Source: a virus
Lineage: Duplodnaviria > Caudoviricetes
Virus record (IMG/VR): IMGVR_UViG_3300042326_000500
Location: 1 to 29,828 of that record
Length of the DNA stretch: 29,828 nucleotides
Direction: 5' to 3' (one strand)
The position numbers and the translations under genes were made by a program. This document shows positions 7,988-15,722 of this stretch, piece by piece (positions within the stretch are counted from its first letter, which is position 1; the number at the start of each line of letters is the position of its first letter). The notes beneath the pieces were generated by a model, which saw nothing but the letters and a program-made list of their open reading frames with translations, was not told the DNA's origin and ran no database searches.

Positions 7988-9918
7988 TGGAAACCAACGC
8001 CAAGATCACCAGCGCAAGCGATTTCCAAAGCACCCCCGCGGGTCTGGCGCAGCGTTGGTCGACTGAGATTCAGGCGTCGCAGCAGGAGCTGATGAAGTTC
8101 CACACGGACGCCAACCGCATCACGCAGCGCTACCTGGACCGGCGCGACGCGTATGCGAAGGACGAGAGCAAGGTCAACCTGTTCTGGTCGACGATGAAGG
8201 TCCTGCTGTCGATGCTGTACGCGCGGCCACCCAAGGCCGACGTCAGCAGGACGTTCCAAGACTTCGAGGACGACCAGGCCCGCGTGGCTGGGTTGATGTT
8301 GCAGCGGATTTTGAACCGCGGCTTCGACGAGAACGTCTCTGTCTGGGACGCGGCCGTGCGGCAGGGCATCGAGGACTGGCTGATCGTGGGCATGGGCCAG
8401 ATCTGGCTGCGCTACGAGGTCAAGACTGAGCCCTACACCGTGCCGGCCGTGTTTGACGAGTTCGGCGTGGAGCTGCAGCCAGAAACCGAGGCCGAGCGCA
8501 TCGTCGACGAGGACGCCCCGGTGGACTACATCTACTGGGAGGACTTCTTCTACTCGCCGGCGCGGACCTGGCCCGAGGTGCGGTGGGTCGCCCGCCGCGT
8601 CTGGATGACCAAGGACCAGCTGGTCGATCGATTCGGCGAGGAGATCGCCAAGATCGTCCCGCTGGGGGTGCAGGTCAAAAAGGCCGACGTCAACGACCAG
8701 TCGCCCAAGCACGACCCGTGGTCGAAGGCTGAGGTGTTCGAGATCTGGTGCAAGGAAAACAAGAAGGTCTACTGGTACGCCAAGGGCGCCGACGTCATCC
8801 TGGACGTGAAGGACGACCCTCTGCAGCTCGACGGGTTCTTCCCGTGCCCGAAACCCCTGGCGGCCAACGTCACGAGCTCCAACTTCATGCCCCGCGCGGA
8901 CTACATCTTCGCGCAGGACCAGTTCAACGAGCTCGACGAGATCAACACCCGCATCACCTGGCTGACGCGTGCGGCCAAGGTCGTCGGCGTGTACGACAAG
9001 ACGGCCGACGGCGTGCAGCGCATGTTCCAGCAGGGCGCCGAAAACCAGATGATCCCGGTGGACAACTGGGCCCTGTTTGCGGAGAAGGGCGGCATCAAGG
9101 GCCAGGTCGACTGGGCCCCGATCGACATGGTGACCAACTGCATCGAGCGCCTGCGCCAGTACCGGCAGGACAAGGTGATGCAGATTTACGAGGTGCTGGG
9201 CATCTCCGACGTGATGCGCGGCAGCTCGCGCGCCAGCGAGACGGCCACCGCGCAGCAGATCAAGGCGCAGTTCGGATCGACCCGGATCCAGCTGATGCAG
9301 TTTTACATCGCCGACTGGATCTCGCAGGCGCTGCGGATCAAGGCCGAGATCATCTGCAAGCACTGGCAGCCTGAGACGATCATCAAGCGGTCGAACATCG
9401 AGCGCACGCCTGACGCGGCCATGGCCATCCAAGCGATCGCCCTGCTCAAGGACGAGCACATGGCGCAGTACCGGGTGAACGTCGAGGCCGACAGCATGGC
9501 CGCGCTGGACTGGGCCGCCGAGCGCGACGCCGCGGTGCAGTTCATGCAGGGCCTGGGGGCGTTCATCTCCCAGGTGGCGCCGATGGCGCAATCGGTGCCC
9601 CAGGCGGCGCCTGTGCTGCTGTCGCTGCTGCAGTGGAGCGTGTCCAAGTTCCGCGTCAGCCAGCAGATCGAGGGCGTGCTCGACCAGGCGATCGGCGCCC
9701 TCAAGCAGCAGGGCATGCCCCAGCAGCAAGGGCCCAGCCCGCTGCAGCAGGCTGAGGTGGCCGAGAAGATGGCCGGCGCCAAGGAGCGCCAGGCCAAGGC
9801 CGTCAACACCGAGATGGACGCGCGCATGAAGGCGATGCAGATGGGGATGCTGCAGCCGCAGCCCCAGCTCCCGCCGGCCGCTCCTCAGATGCCGCCGGTG
9901 GGCGGCTCGATGCAGTGA
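7987..9918 (+). CDS. portal protein
   Basis: about 640 aa directly after terL; ASETATAQQIK motif and Q/P-rich C-terminal tail typical of podovirus portals; GTG 7984 is an alternative start. Confidence 0.85.
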   Translation: METNAKITSASDFQSTPAGLAQRWSTEIQASQQELMKFHTDANRITQRYLDRRDAYAKDESKVNLFWSTMKVLLSMLYARPPKADVSRTFQDFEDDQARVAGLMLQRILNRGFDENVSVWDAAVRQGIEDWLIVGMGQIWLRYEVKTEPYTVPAVFDEFGVELQPETEAERIVDEDAPVDYIYWEDFFYSPARTWPEVRWVARRVWMTKDQLVDRFGEEIAKIVPLGVQVKKADVNDQSPKHDPWSKAEVFEIWCKENKKVYWYAKGADVILDVKDDPLQLDGFFPCPKPLAANVTSSNFMPRADYIFAQDQFNELDEINTRITWLTRAAKVVGVYDKTADGVQRMFQQGAENQMIPVDNWALFAEKGGIKGQVDWAPIDMVTNCIERLRQYRQDKVMQIYEVLGISDVMRGSSRASETATAQQIKAQFGSTRIQLMQFYIADWISQALRIKAEIICKHWQPETIIKRSNIERTPDAAMAIQAIALLKDEHMAQYRVNVEADSMAALDWAAERDAAVQFMQGLGAFISQVAPMAQSVPQAAPVLLSLLQWSVSKFRVSQQIEGVLDQAIGALKQQGMPQQQGPSPLQQAEVAEKMAGAKERQAKAVNTEMDARMKAMQMGMLQPQPQLPPAAPQMPPVGGSMQ

Positions 9919-9926
9919 GGTGACGC

Positions 9927-10295
9927 ATGGAAAAAGCAAACGAGTTCGTCACCAAGCTGCTGGCCGATCGGTCGGCGGCGCACGTGGCCCACTGGCGCAC
10001 CGAAGAATTTTCGGCGCACGTCGCGCTGGGTGAGTTCTACGACAAGCTGACCGACCTGGTCGACGGGTTCGTCGAGCAGTACCAGGGCTACTACGGCAAG
10101 CGCATGGAGCCCAAGGTCGTGGGCCTTGCGGTGAGCGCTGACGGCATCGACGACCTGCTCGAGCTGTCGTGCGAGTGGATTGAGGCCAACCGCTACAAGG
10201 TCTGCGACCGCGACGACACGTCGCTGCAGAACACGATCGACGAGGTCGTCAAGCTCTACCAGACGACCCTCTACAAGCTGCGCATGCTCAAGTGA
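9927..10295 (+). CDS. Dps/ferritin-like four-helix protein (DUF5856-type)
   Basis: HVAHW...H.ALGEFY...D..VE.YQG and terminal TLYKL resemble the Dps ferroxidase signature; GAGG RBS. Confidence 0.75.
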   Translation: MEKANEFVTKLLADRSAAHVAHWRTEEFSAHVALGEFYDKLTDLVDGFVEQYQGYYGKRMEPKVVGLAVSADGIDDLLELSCEWIEANRYKVCDRDDTSLQNTIDEVVKLYQTTLYKLRMLK

Positions 10296-10302
10296 GGACG
10301 CG

Positions 10303-11691
10303 ATGCAACCACAGGACCTGATCAACGCCCTGCGCGACCGCGCGCGCAAGTTCGTCTCCCTGGACAACCCCGAGGACGGCGACCTGGGCGACCTGGCTAT
10401 CGACATCGGCGCCGGCTTCCTGCCGGTGGTTGGCACGGCCACCAGCGGCCGCGATTTCGAGCGCGCGCGCCGCGAGGGCGACAAGCTGGGGATGGTCCTG
10501 TCGGCGGCCGGCATGGTTCCGGTGGTCGGTGGTGTTGCCGGTGCGGCCAACAAGGCGCGCAAGGGTGGCAAGGCTACCGAGGAGACGGTCAAGGCGCTGC
10601 GCAAGGTCGACGACGTCGGCTATGACCGCGCCAAGATCGCGGCCAACTATCCTGACACCGCGCCCCCTGTGCTGGCCAAGGACCCCAAGACTGGCAAGGA
10701 GTTTCTGCAGAAGCAAAACTCTGCCGAGGCGCTGGCTGTCGAGAAGGTGCGCAAGGCCGCGCAGAAGGACATCGACAAGGGCAACTACGACCCGTATTTC
10801 AAGGTCGAGGACCGTTTCTACGCCGACGCCAACAAGTATCCGCTGCAGGGCCGCACCGTCACCGACGCGCTGCCCAAGAAGCAGGCCACGATCGACAAGT
10901 ACACCGCAGAGTTCGACACGCCGGAGGCGCGCGAGCGCCTGACGACAGCCTTCCGCGAGGGTAGCAAGGACCCCAACGCGAAGGACTGGTACGCGATGGG
11001 CCAGCTCGAGGCCGAGTTCATCAAGGAGTTCGGCGACAAGAAGGGCCGCGAGATGTTCAAGGAGCGGTTCGCTGATGCGATGTCCGCGACCACTGGCGGC
11101 GCTGACCCGACCGCCAACCTGCTGATGTCAGCCTACGGCAACTTCCTGCGTCAGAAGGGTGTGCCGCAGCCGAGCGCTGCGTATGAGTTCCCGTACCCGA
11201 TCGGTGGCCGCTTCGCGTCTGGAAACATGGCCATGTACGACAAGGTCATCAACCAGGGCGCTGGCCTGCAGGCCGCCAAGACGCCCAAGCGCTTCGATTT
11301 CTCGGCCAACTTCATGGGGCACCGCGATCGCGCCACGATCGACGAGCAGATGAGCGGCGGTTTCCGCCCTGGTCTGCTGGTGCCGCCGGGTGATTCCTAC
11401 GGCGTGTTTGAGAAGGTGGTGCACGACCTGGCCAAGGCCGAGGGTGTGCAGCCGGCCAACTTCCAAGACGTGGCCTGGAAGGGCCTGAAGGGAGTGCCCG
11501 GCAAGCCGATGATTCAGCACGTCAACGAGGCGGTCGAGCGCACCGCGCGTGTGACCGGCAAAAAGCCGCAGGACGTGGTCCGCGACAGCCTGGTGCGTGG
11601 CACGCATCCGCTGTACAGCCTGGGCGCTGCCGGCATCGGCACCGCCGCTCTGGCAGCCGCGCTGCGCAATCAGGAGGAGGACGAGTTTTGA
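10303..11691 (+). CDS. putative virion-associated effector/toxin: pre-toxin-TG-like segment plus HhH-GPD DNA-glycosylase-like domain
   Basis: DIGAGFLPVVGTATSGRDF...GMVLSAAGMVPVVG, then DWY, PK..F..N..G....TID..M and Y...A...G..P...Q..AW; start moved to ATG 10303 (GAGG RBS). Confidence 0.6.
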   Translation: MQPQDLINALRDRARKFVSLDNPEDGDLGDLAIDIGAGFLPVVGTATSGRDFERARREGDKLGMVLSAAGMVPVVGGVAGAANKARKGGKATEETVKALRKVDDVGYDRAKIAANYPDTAPPVLAKDPKTGKEFLQKQNSAEALAVEKVRKAAQKDIDKGNYDPYFKVEDRFYADANKYPLQGRTVTDALPKKQATIDKYTAEFDTPEARERLTTAFREGSKDPNAKDWYAMGQLEAEFIKEFGDKKGREMFKERFADAMSATTGGADPTANLLMSAYGNFLRQKGVPQPSAAYEFPYPIGGRFASGNMAMYDKVINQGAGLQAAKTPKRFDFSANFMGHRDRATIDEQMSGGFRPGLLVPPGDSYGVFEKVVHDLAKAEGVQPANFQDVAWKGLKGVPGKPMIQHVNEAVERTARVTGKKPQDVVRDSLVRGTHPLYSLGAAGIGTAALAAALRNQEEDEF

Positions 11692-11873
11692 TCGTCCAGG
11701 TCAATCTTGAGCTGTTTCGCGGCATCGAGCAGCTCGGTGCCGAGCTTGCGTTCTAGGTGCGGGTACATGTCACCCGTGTCAACCATCAGCGACGCAGCCT
11801 CGAGCAGGGCAGCCCAGGTTTCCCTTGGCGCCCGCACGACGCGCGTGCCTACGACGATGATGACGTCATCCAT
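11670..11873 (-). CDS. 67-aa antisense protein; candidate immunity/antitoxin or moron
   Basis: AGGAG RBS 6 nt before ATG 11873; its 3' end overlaps that of the 10303 gene; the only credible minus-strand gene in the late region. Confidence 0.6.
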   Translation of the reverse strand: MDDVIIVVGTRVVRAPRETWAALLEAASLMVDTGDMYPHLERKLGTELLDAAKQLKIDLDDQNSSSS

Positions 11874-11900
11874 GGCCATCTCCTTTTCTGCATATCGTTG

Positions 11901-11909
11901 AGAATACCA
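11901..11909 (-). promoter_or_regulatory. extended -10 promoter (TGgTATTCT) for the antisense gene
   Basis: the minus strand reads tgTGGTATTCTcaac about 16 nt upstream of the RBS, in an AT-rich gap. Confidence 0.5.
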
Positions 11910-11913
11910 CAAC

Positions 11914-12240
11914 ATGACTAGACGCCGCTGGATTCAGGACCGCATCACGGGCGAATTGATCGAGGTCACGCCCGACTATCAGCCCGAGCTGCGCACCGAC
12001 TCTGGCGCGCTGTGGGGCGATCGCAGCTACGACGGGCTGCGCGCCACTGACGGCACCGATATCAGCTCGCGGACTAAGCACCGCGACTACATGAAGGCCA
12101 ACGGCCTGGCCACGGCCGACGACTTCAAGGAAACCTGGGCCAAGTCCCAGCAACAGCGTGACCACTACCGACAGCACGGTGGCACGTTCTCACGACGCGA
12201 CGTAGAGCGCGCGATTCAGCAACTCCAAAACAGGCGATAA
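11914..12240 (+). CDS. conserved hypothetical head-module protein
   Basis: DGTDISSRTKHRDYMKANGL pattern; lies just before the scaffold gene. Confidence 0.75.
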   Translation: MTRRRWIQDRITGELIEVTPDYQPELRTDSGALWGDRSYDGLRATDGTDISSRTKHRDYMKANGLATADDFKETWAKSQQQRDHYRQHGGTFSRRDVERAIQQLQNRR

Positions 12241-12243
12241 CCC

Positions 12244-13380
12244 ATGAACGGACCCACGACACTCCGCGACGAGATCGAAGCAGCGATCGAAGAAACAGAG
12301 GCGCCTGCGCAAGCGGCAGCGCCGGCACCGGAACCTGCAGCACCAGCTGAGGCTGCACCGGCTGCAGAACCTGTTGCCGAATCTGCTGCCGAATCTGCAG
12401 AACCTGCGCAGAACCTGGATGCGATGGCAGAGGGCGAAAAGCCCGCTGATGCCCAAGACCTTGCTCAACAGCAGCGAGATGAAAACGGCCGATTCAAGGC
12501 GAAGGAGGAGGGCATCCAGCCCGGCCCCAAGTCAGGACCGCGGCAAGCTGGGGAGCGTGCGCCGGCATCCTGGCGTCCTGATGTAAGGGAGCACTGGGGC
12601 CAGCTGCCCGAGCCGGTGCGCTCTGAGATCCAGCGCCGCGAGGTCGAGGTGCAGCGCACGCTGCAGGAGTCGGCCGAGGCCCGCAAGGCCTACGACGCGG
12701 TGATGCGCACGGTGGCGCCTTACGAGGCGTTCATCCGCGCCGAGGGCTCCAACCCGATCCAGGCGATCGACAACCTGATGGCCACGGCGGCCAAGCTGCG
12801 CACGGGCACCGCGCCCGAGCTGGCCACGATGGTGGCCGGCATCGTCAACCAGTTCGGCATCGGCCGGTTTGGCAACGGATTCATTCAGGCCCTAGACGCC
12901 GCGCTTGCTGGGCAGTCGCCGGTGGTTGACCCGCAGCAGGCCGCGATGGAGCAGGTGCTCAACCAGCGCCTGGCGCCGGTGCAGCAGATGCTGACGCAGT
13001 TTCAGCAGGCGCAGCAGATTCAGCAGGAGCGTGTCGCCCAGGCGGCCCAGTCGGAGGTCGAGCAGTTTCTGGACCGCGCTGAGTTCGGCAATGACGTCCG
13101 CGAGGACATGGCCGACATCATGGAGACGGCCGCCCGCCGCGGTCAGAACATCAGCCTGTCCGACGCCTACAAGAAGGCCTGCCTGATGAACGACCGCGTG
13201 CTGAGCGTGCTCAGGGCGCGCAAGCAGGCCAAGAGCGCCCAGACGCAGACCCAGGCTGCGCAGCGGGCCAGGTCGGCCGCGGTGAGCGTTTCCGGCTCGG
13301 CGCCGGTGGGCGCCCTGCAGCAACCCAGCACTGACGTTCGGTCGGCCATCGAGGCGGCCATTATGCAAAGCGCACGGTGA
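12244..13380 (+). CDS. capsid scaffolding protein
   Basis: acidic Ala/Pro/Glu-rich N-terminus, RDENGRF motif, APASW motif, coiled coils; directly upstream of the major capsid gene. Confidence 0.75.
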   Translation: MNGPTTLRDEIEAAIEETEAPAQAAAPAPEPAAPAEAAPAAEPVAESAAESAEPAQNLDAMAEGEKPADAQDLAQQQRDENGRFKAKEEGIQPGPKSGPRQAGERAPASWRPDVREHWGQLPEPVRSEIQRREVEVQRTLQESAEARKAYDAVMRTVAPYEAFIRAEGSNPIQAIDNLMATAAKLRTGTAPELATMVAGIVNQFGIGRFGNGFIQALDAALAGQSPVVDPQQAAMEQVLNQRLAPVQQMLTQFQQAQQIQQERVAQAAQSEVEQFLDRAEFGNDVREDMADIMETAARRGQNISLSDAYKKACLMNDRVLSVLRARKQAKSAQTQTQAAQRARSAAVSVSGSAPVGALQQPSTDVRSAIEAAIMQSAR

Positions 13381-13388
13381 TGGATAAT
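13353..13388 (+). promoter_or_regulatory. putative late promoter for the capsid transcript
   Basis: GGCGGCCATTATGCAAAGCGC..GGTGA..GATAAT parallels 5672-5706. Confidence 0.45.
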
Positions 13389-13389
13389 T

Positions 13390-13563
13390 CACACCACAGG
13401 GAGGGGCAACCTTCCCTTGGTGTGCCCAAGCACCCCAGCCACCGCAGCTCCTGGGAGACGCCAAGCGTCCCACCCACGACATAGACGGACTGAGATCGGT
13501 TCGCGTCGGCGCATCTGAAATGGTGGGCGAAAGCCCGTAACAACCCAACTCAGATGAGGAGTT
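13390..13563 (+). ncRNA. structured 5' leader RNA of the major capsid gene
   Basis: 15-bp GCAA-capped hairpin 13390-13424; hairpins 13452-13472 and 13484-13507; CATCTGA/TCAGATG stem enclosing GGGC-GAAA-GCCC and abutting the AGGAG RBS. Confidence 0.6.
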
Positions 13564-13567
13564 AATC

Positions 13568-14542
13568 ATGGCATTCCCAAATGTCTCAGACATCGTCGCA
13601 ACGACGATTCAAAACCGTTCGCGTCAGATCGCGGACAACGTCACCAAGAACAACGCCATCCTGGCCAAGCTGAACCAGCGCGGCAACGTCAAGACGATCT
13701 CTGGCGGTAACGTGATCTTTGAAGAACTGTCTTTCGCTGAGAACGCGAACGGCGGCTTCTACTCGGGTTACGACCTGCTGCCCGTGGCCGCTCAGGACGT
13801 GATCAGCGCTGCTGAGTTCCAGATCAAGCAGTACGCCGTTCCTGTGGTGATGTCTGGCCTCGAGATGCTGCAGAACAGCGGCAAGGAACAGTTCATTGAC
13901 CTGCTGGAAGGCCGCCTGAACGTGGCCGAGAGCACGATGATGAACGAGCTGTCGCAGTCGATCTACTCCAACGGCACCGGCTCTGGTGGCAAGGAAGTGA
14001 CCGGCCTCGACGCAGCTGTTCCCAGCGATCCCACCACCGGCACCTACGGCGGTATCGATCGTGCCACCTGGACCTTCTGGCGCTCGAAGTTGTACGACTT
14101 CAGCACCGCCACCGGCGGCAACGCCACGGCGGCCAACATCCAGGCAGGCATGAACAACCTGTGGGCCCAGACCACCCGTGGTTCTGACCGTGTCGATCTG
14201 ATCGTCATGGACACGAACTACTGGGCTCTGTACATGGCCAGCCTGCAGGCTCAGCAGCGTTTCACGTCGCCGGAAACCGGCAACCTCGGCTTCCCGTCCA
14301 TCAAGTTCATGGACGCTGACGTGGTGCTGGACGGCGGTATCGGTGGCTTCTGCCCGGCGAACACGGCGTTCTTCCTGAACACCAAGTTCATCAAGTGGCG
14401 CCCCCACAAGGACCGCAACATGGTCCCGCTGTCGCCGAATCGCCGCTACGCGATCAACCAGGACGCCGAGGTGCAAATCCTCGCCTGGGCCGGCAACCTG
14501 ACCACCTCCGGCGCCCAGTTCCAGGGCCGCATGCAGAACTAA
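13568..14542 (+). CDS. major capsid protein
   Basis: 324 aa after the scaffold gene; strong RBS, highly biased codons and a downstream terminator; SDIVATTIQNRS...TYGGIDRATWTFWR pattern. Confidence 0.9.
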   Translation: MAFPNVSDIVATTIQNRSRQIADNVTKNNAILAKLNQRGNVKTISGGNVIFEELSFAENANGGFYSGYDLLPVAAQDVISAAEFQIKQYAVPVVMSGLEMLQNSGKEQFIDLLEGRLNVAESTMMNELSQSIYSNGTGSGGKEVTGLDAAVPSDPTTGTYGGIDRATWTFWRSKLYDFSTATGGNATAANIQAGMNNLWAQTTRGSDRVDLIVMDTNYWALYMASLQAQQRFTSPETGNLGFPSIKFMDADVVLDGGIGGFCPANTAFFLNTKFIKWRPHKDRNMVPLSPNRRYAINQDAEVQILAWAGNLTTSGAQFQGRMQN

Positions 14543-14569
14543 TTGGTGGGCCTGTCGTGGGTCACCCTT

Positions 14570-14608
14570 CCCAAGGGGCTGGGGTGACCCACACCCCTTG
14601 GGTTTTTT
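14570..14608 (+). terminator. intrinsic terminator with an overlapping alternative (antiterminator) stem
   Basis: CCCAAGGGG/CCCCTTGGG stem capped by TGGG-GTGA-CCCA and followed by T6; competing stem 14557-14567/14582-14592. Confidence 0.8.
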
Positions 14609-14626
14609 GCCATTCAGGAGATCAAC

Positions 14627-15079
14627 ATGCCGGCAACCGCAACCCCGACCGCGTCGCCTTCTGGCGGCCAGGTCAATCCCGGATCCACCTTCACGCTGGC
14701 ATGTGCCACTGAAGGCGCGACCATTCGCTACACCTACGGGACCGCTCCGGCCAACACCGGCTGGACGACCTACTCGGGCGCGGTCACGCTGCCCGCAACC
14801 TCTGGCCAATCCGTCGTCGTCCGCGCCTACGCCACAAGCGAAGGTAACGATCCGTCGGCCGTGGCTGAGTTCACGTTCTACACCATCGGATATGGCGCTG
14901 CAGTGAGCGCCAACGCCAAGACGGTGCTCGATACCAACGCATCGCAGGGCCTCGGCGCTGTGTGCGAAGGCATCAACCCGACTGGCAACGACGAGGCCAG
15001 CATCAGCGGCCAGCGCATCGGTGCGTCTGGTACGACGACTGACCTCAAGGTCGAGACTGGCGACGGTCCCGGCGCTTAA
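14627..15079 (+). CDS. probable capsid decoration protein with an Fn3-associated/CHB_HEX_C-like Ig domain
   Basis: ATPTASPSGG...LACATEGATIRYT...YSGAVTL...VRAYA...S.VAEFTF pattern; AGGAG RBS; follows the capsid gene. Confidence 0.7.
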   Translation: MPATATPTASPSGGQVNPGSTFTLACATEGATIRYTYGTAPANTGWTTYSGAVTLPATSGQSVVVRAYATSEGNDPSAVAEFTFYTIGYGAAVSANAKTVLDTNASQGLGAVCEGINPTGNDEASISGQRIGASGTTTDLKVETGDGPGA

Positions 15080-15102
15080 TCCACCACTAGAAAGAAAAAA
15101 CC

Positions 15103-15708
15103 ATGCAACCCACGACACCCACTGTATTTGACGACATCCCACTTCCGCAGCCCAACGAGTCCCGCTACGCGATGGACTCGAAGCTGTACATCGAGTTTTA
15201 TCGCAAGCCCGTGATGCACCACGCCAAGAGCAAGGATGCAGGGCGCGCGATTTACGACGAGGTGGACTACATCCGCATCCACACGCCCGGTGACAAGAGC
15301 AGCGTCATCGACAAGCCAATCACGGCGCTGGACATCCAGCGCTTTTCCGATCGGTACAACAAGTGGAAGGCGGGCCAGGCTGAGGCCGTCACTGGCACGC
15401 CGCTGACGGCGCTGCCTGGCATCACGCCGTCGAAGGCTGAGGAATACAAGTTCTTCAAGATCGTCACCATCGAGCAGCTCGCCGACGCGCCCGACAACCT
15501 CGGGCAGAAGTTCATGTCCTTCCAGCAGGACAAGACCCGCGCCAAGGCGTTCATGGAGGTCGCGGCCAACAATGCCCCGATCGAGAAAATGAACGAGGAG
15601 CTGCAGAAGCGTGACCAGGTGATTGAGGACATGCAGGCTCAGCTCGAGGCGCTCAAGGCGCAGATCAAGCCCAAGCGACAGGTCGCAGCCACGGCCGACG
15701 CTGAGTAA
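15103..15708 (+). CDS. conserved hypothetical morphogenesis-module protein (possible HhH-like motif, C-terminal coiled coil)
   Basis: GTPLTALPGIT...IVTIEQLA; strong codon bias. Confidence 0.75.
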   Translation: MQPTTPTVFDDIPLPQPNESRYAMDSKLYIEFYRKPVMHHAKSKDAGRAIYDEVDYIRIHTPGDKSSVIDKPITALDIQRFSDRYNKWKAGQAEAVTGTPLTALPGITPSKAEEYKFFKIVTIEQLADAPDNLGQKFMSFQQDKTRAKAFMEVAANNAPIEKMNEELQKRDQVIEDMQAQLEALKAQIKPKRQVAATADAE

Positions 15709-15722
15709 ACCGGAGGACGGGG

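Noticed and set aside
7924-9939. 671-aa minus-strand ORF (also 13586-15142, 16542-17762 and similar)
   Set aside because: These are antisense shadows of strongly codon-biased GC-rich genes, with His/Leu/Arg/Val-rich nonsense composition and no RBS.
13390-13563. tRNA or known riboswitch
   Set aside because: There is no cloverleaf or T-loop consensus and no aptamer consensus that I recognise; it is kept only as an unassigned structured leader.
14540-14627. Stop read-through or frameshift fusing the capsid protein to the Ig-like protein
   Set aside because: The genes share a frame, but a second in-frame stop (TGA 14585-14587) intervenes, there is no clear slippery site before the capsid stop, and the downstream gene has its own AGGAG RBS.
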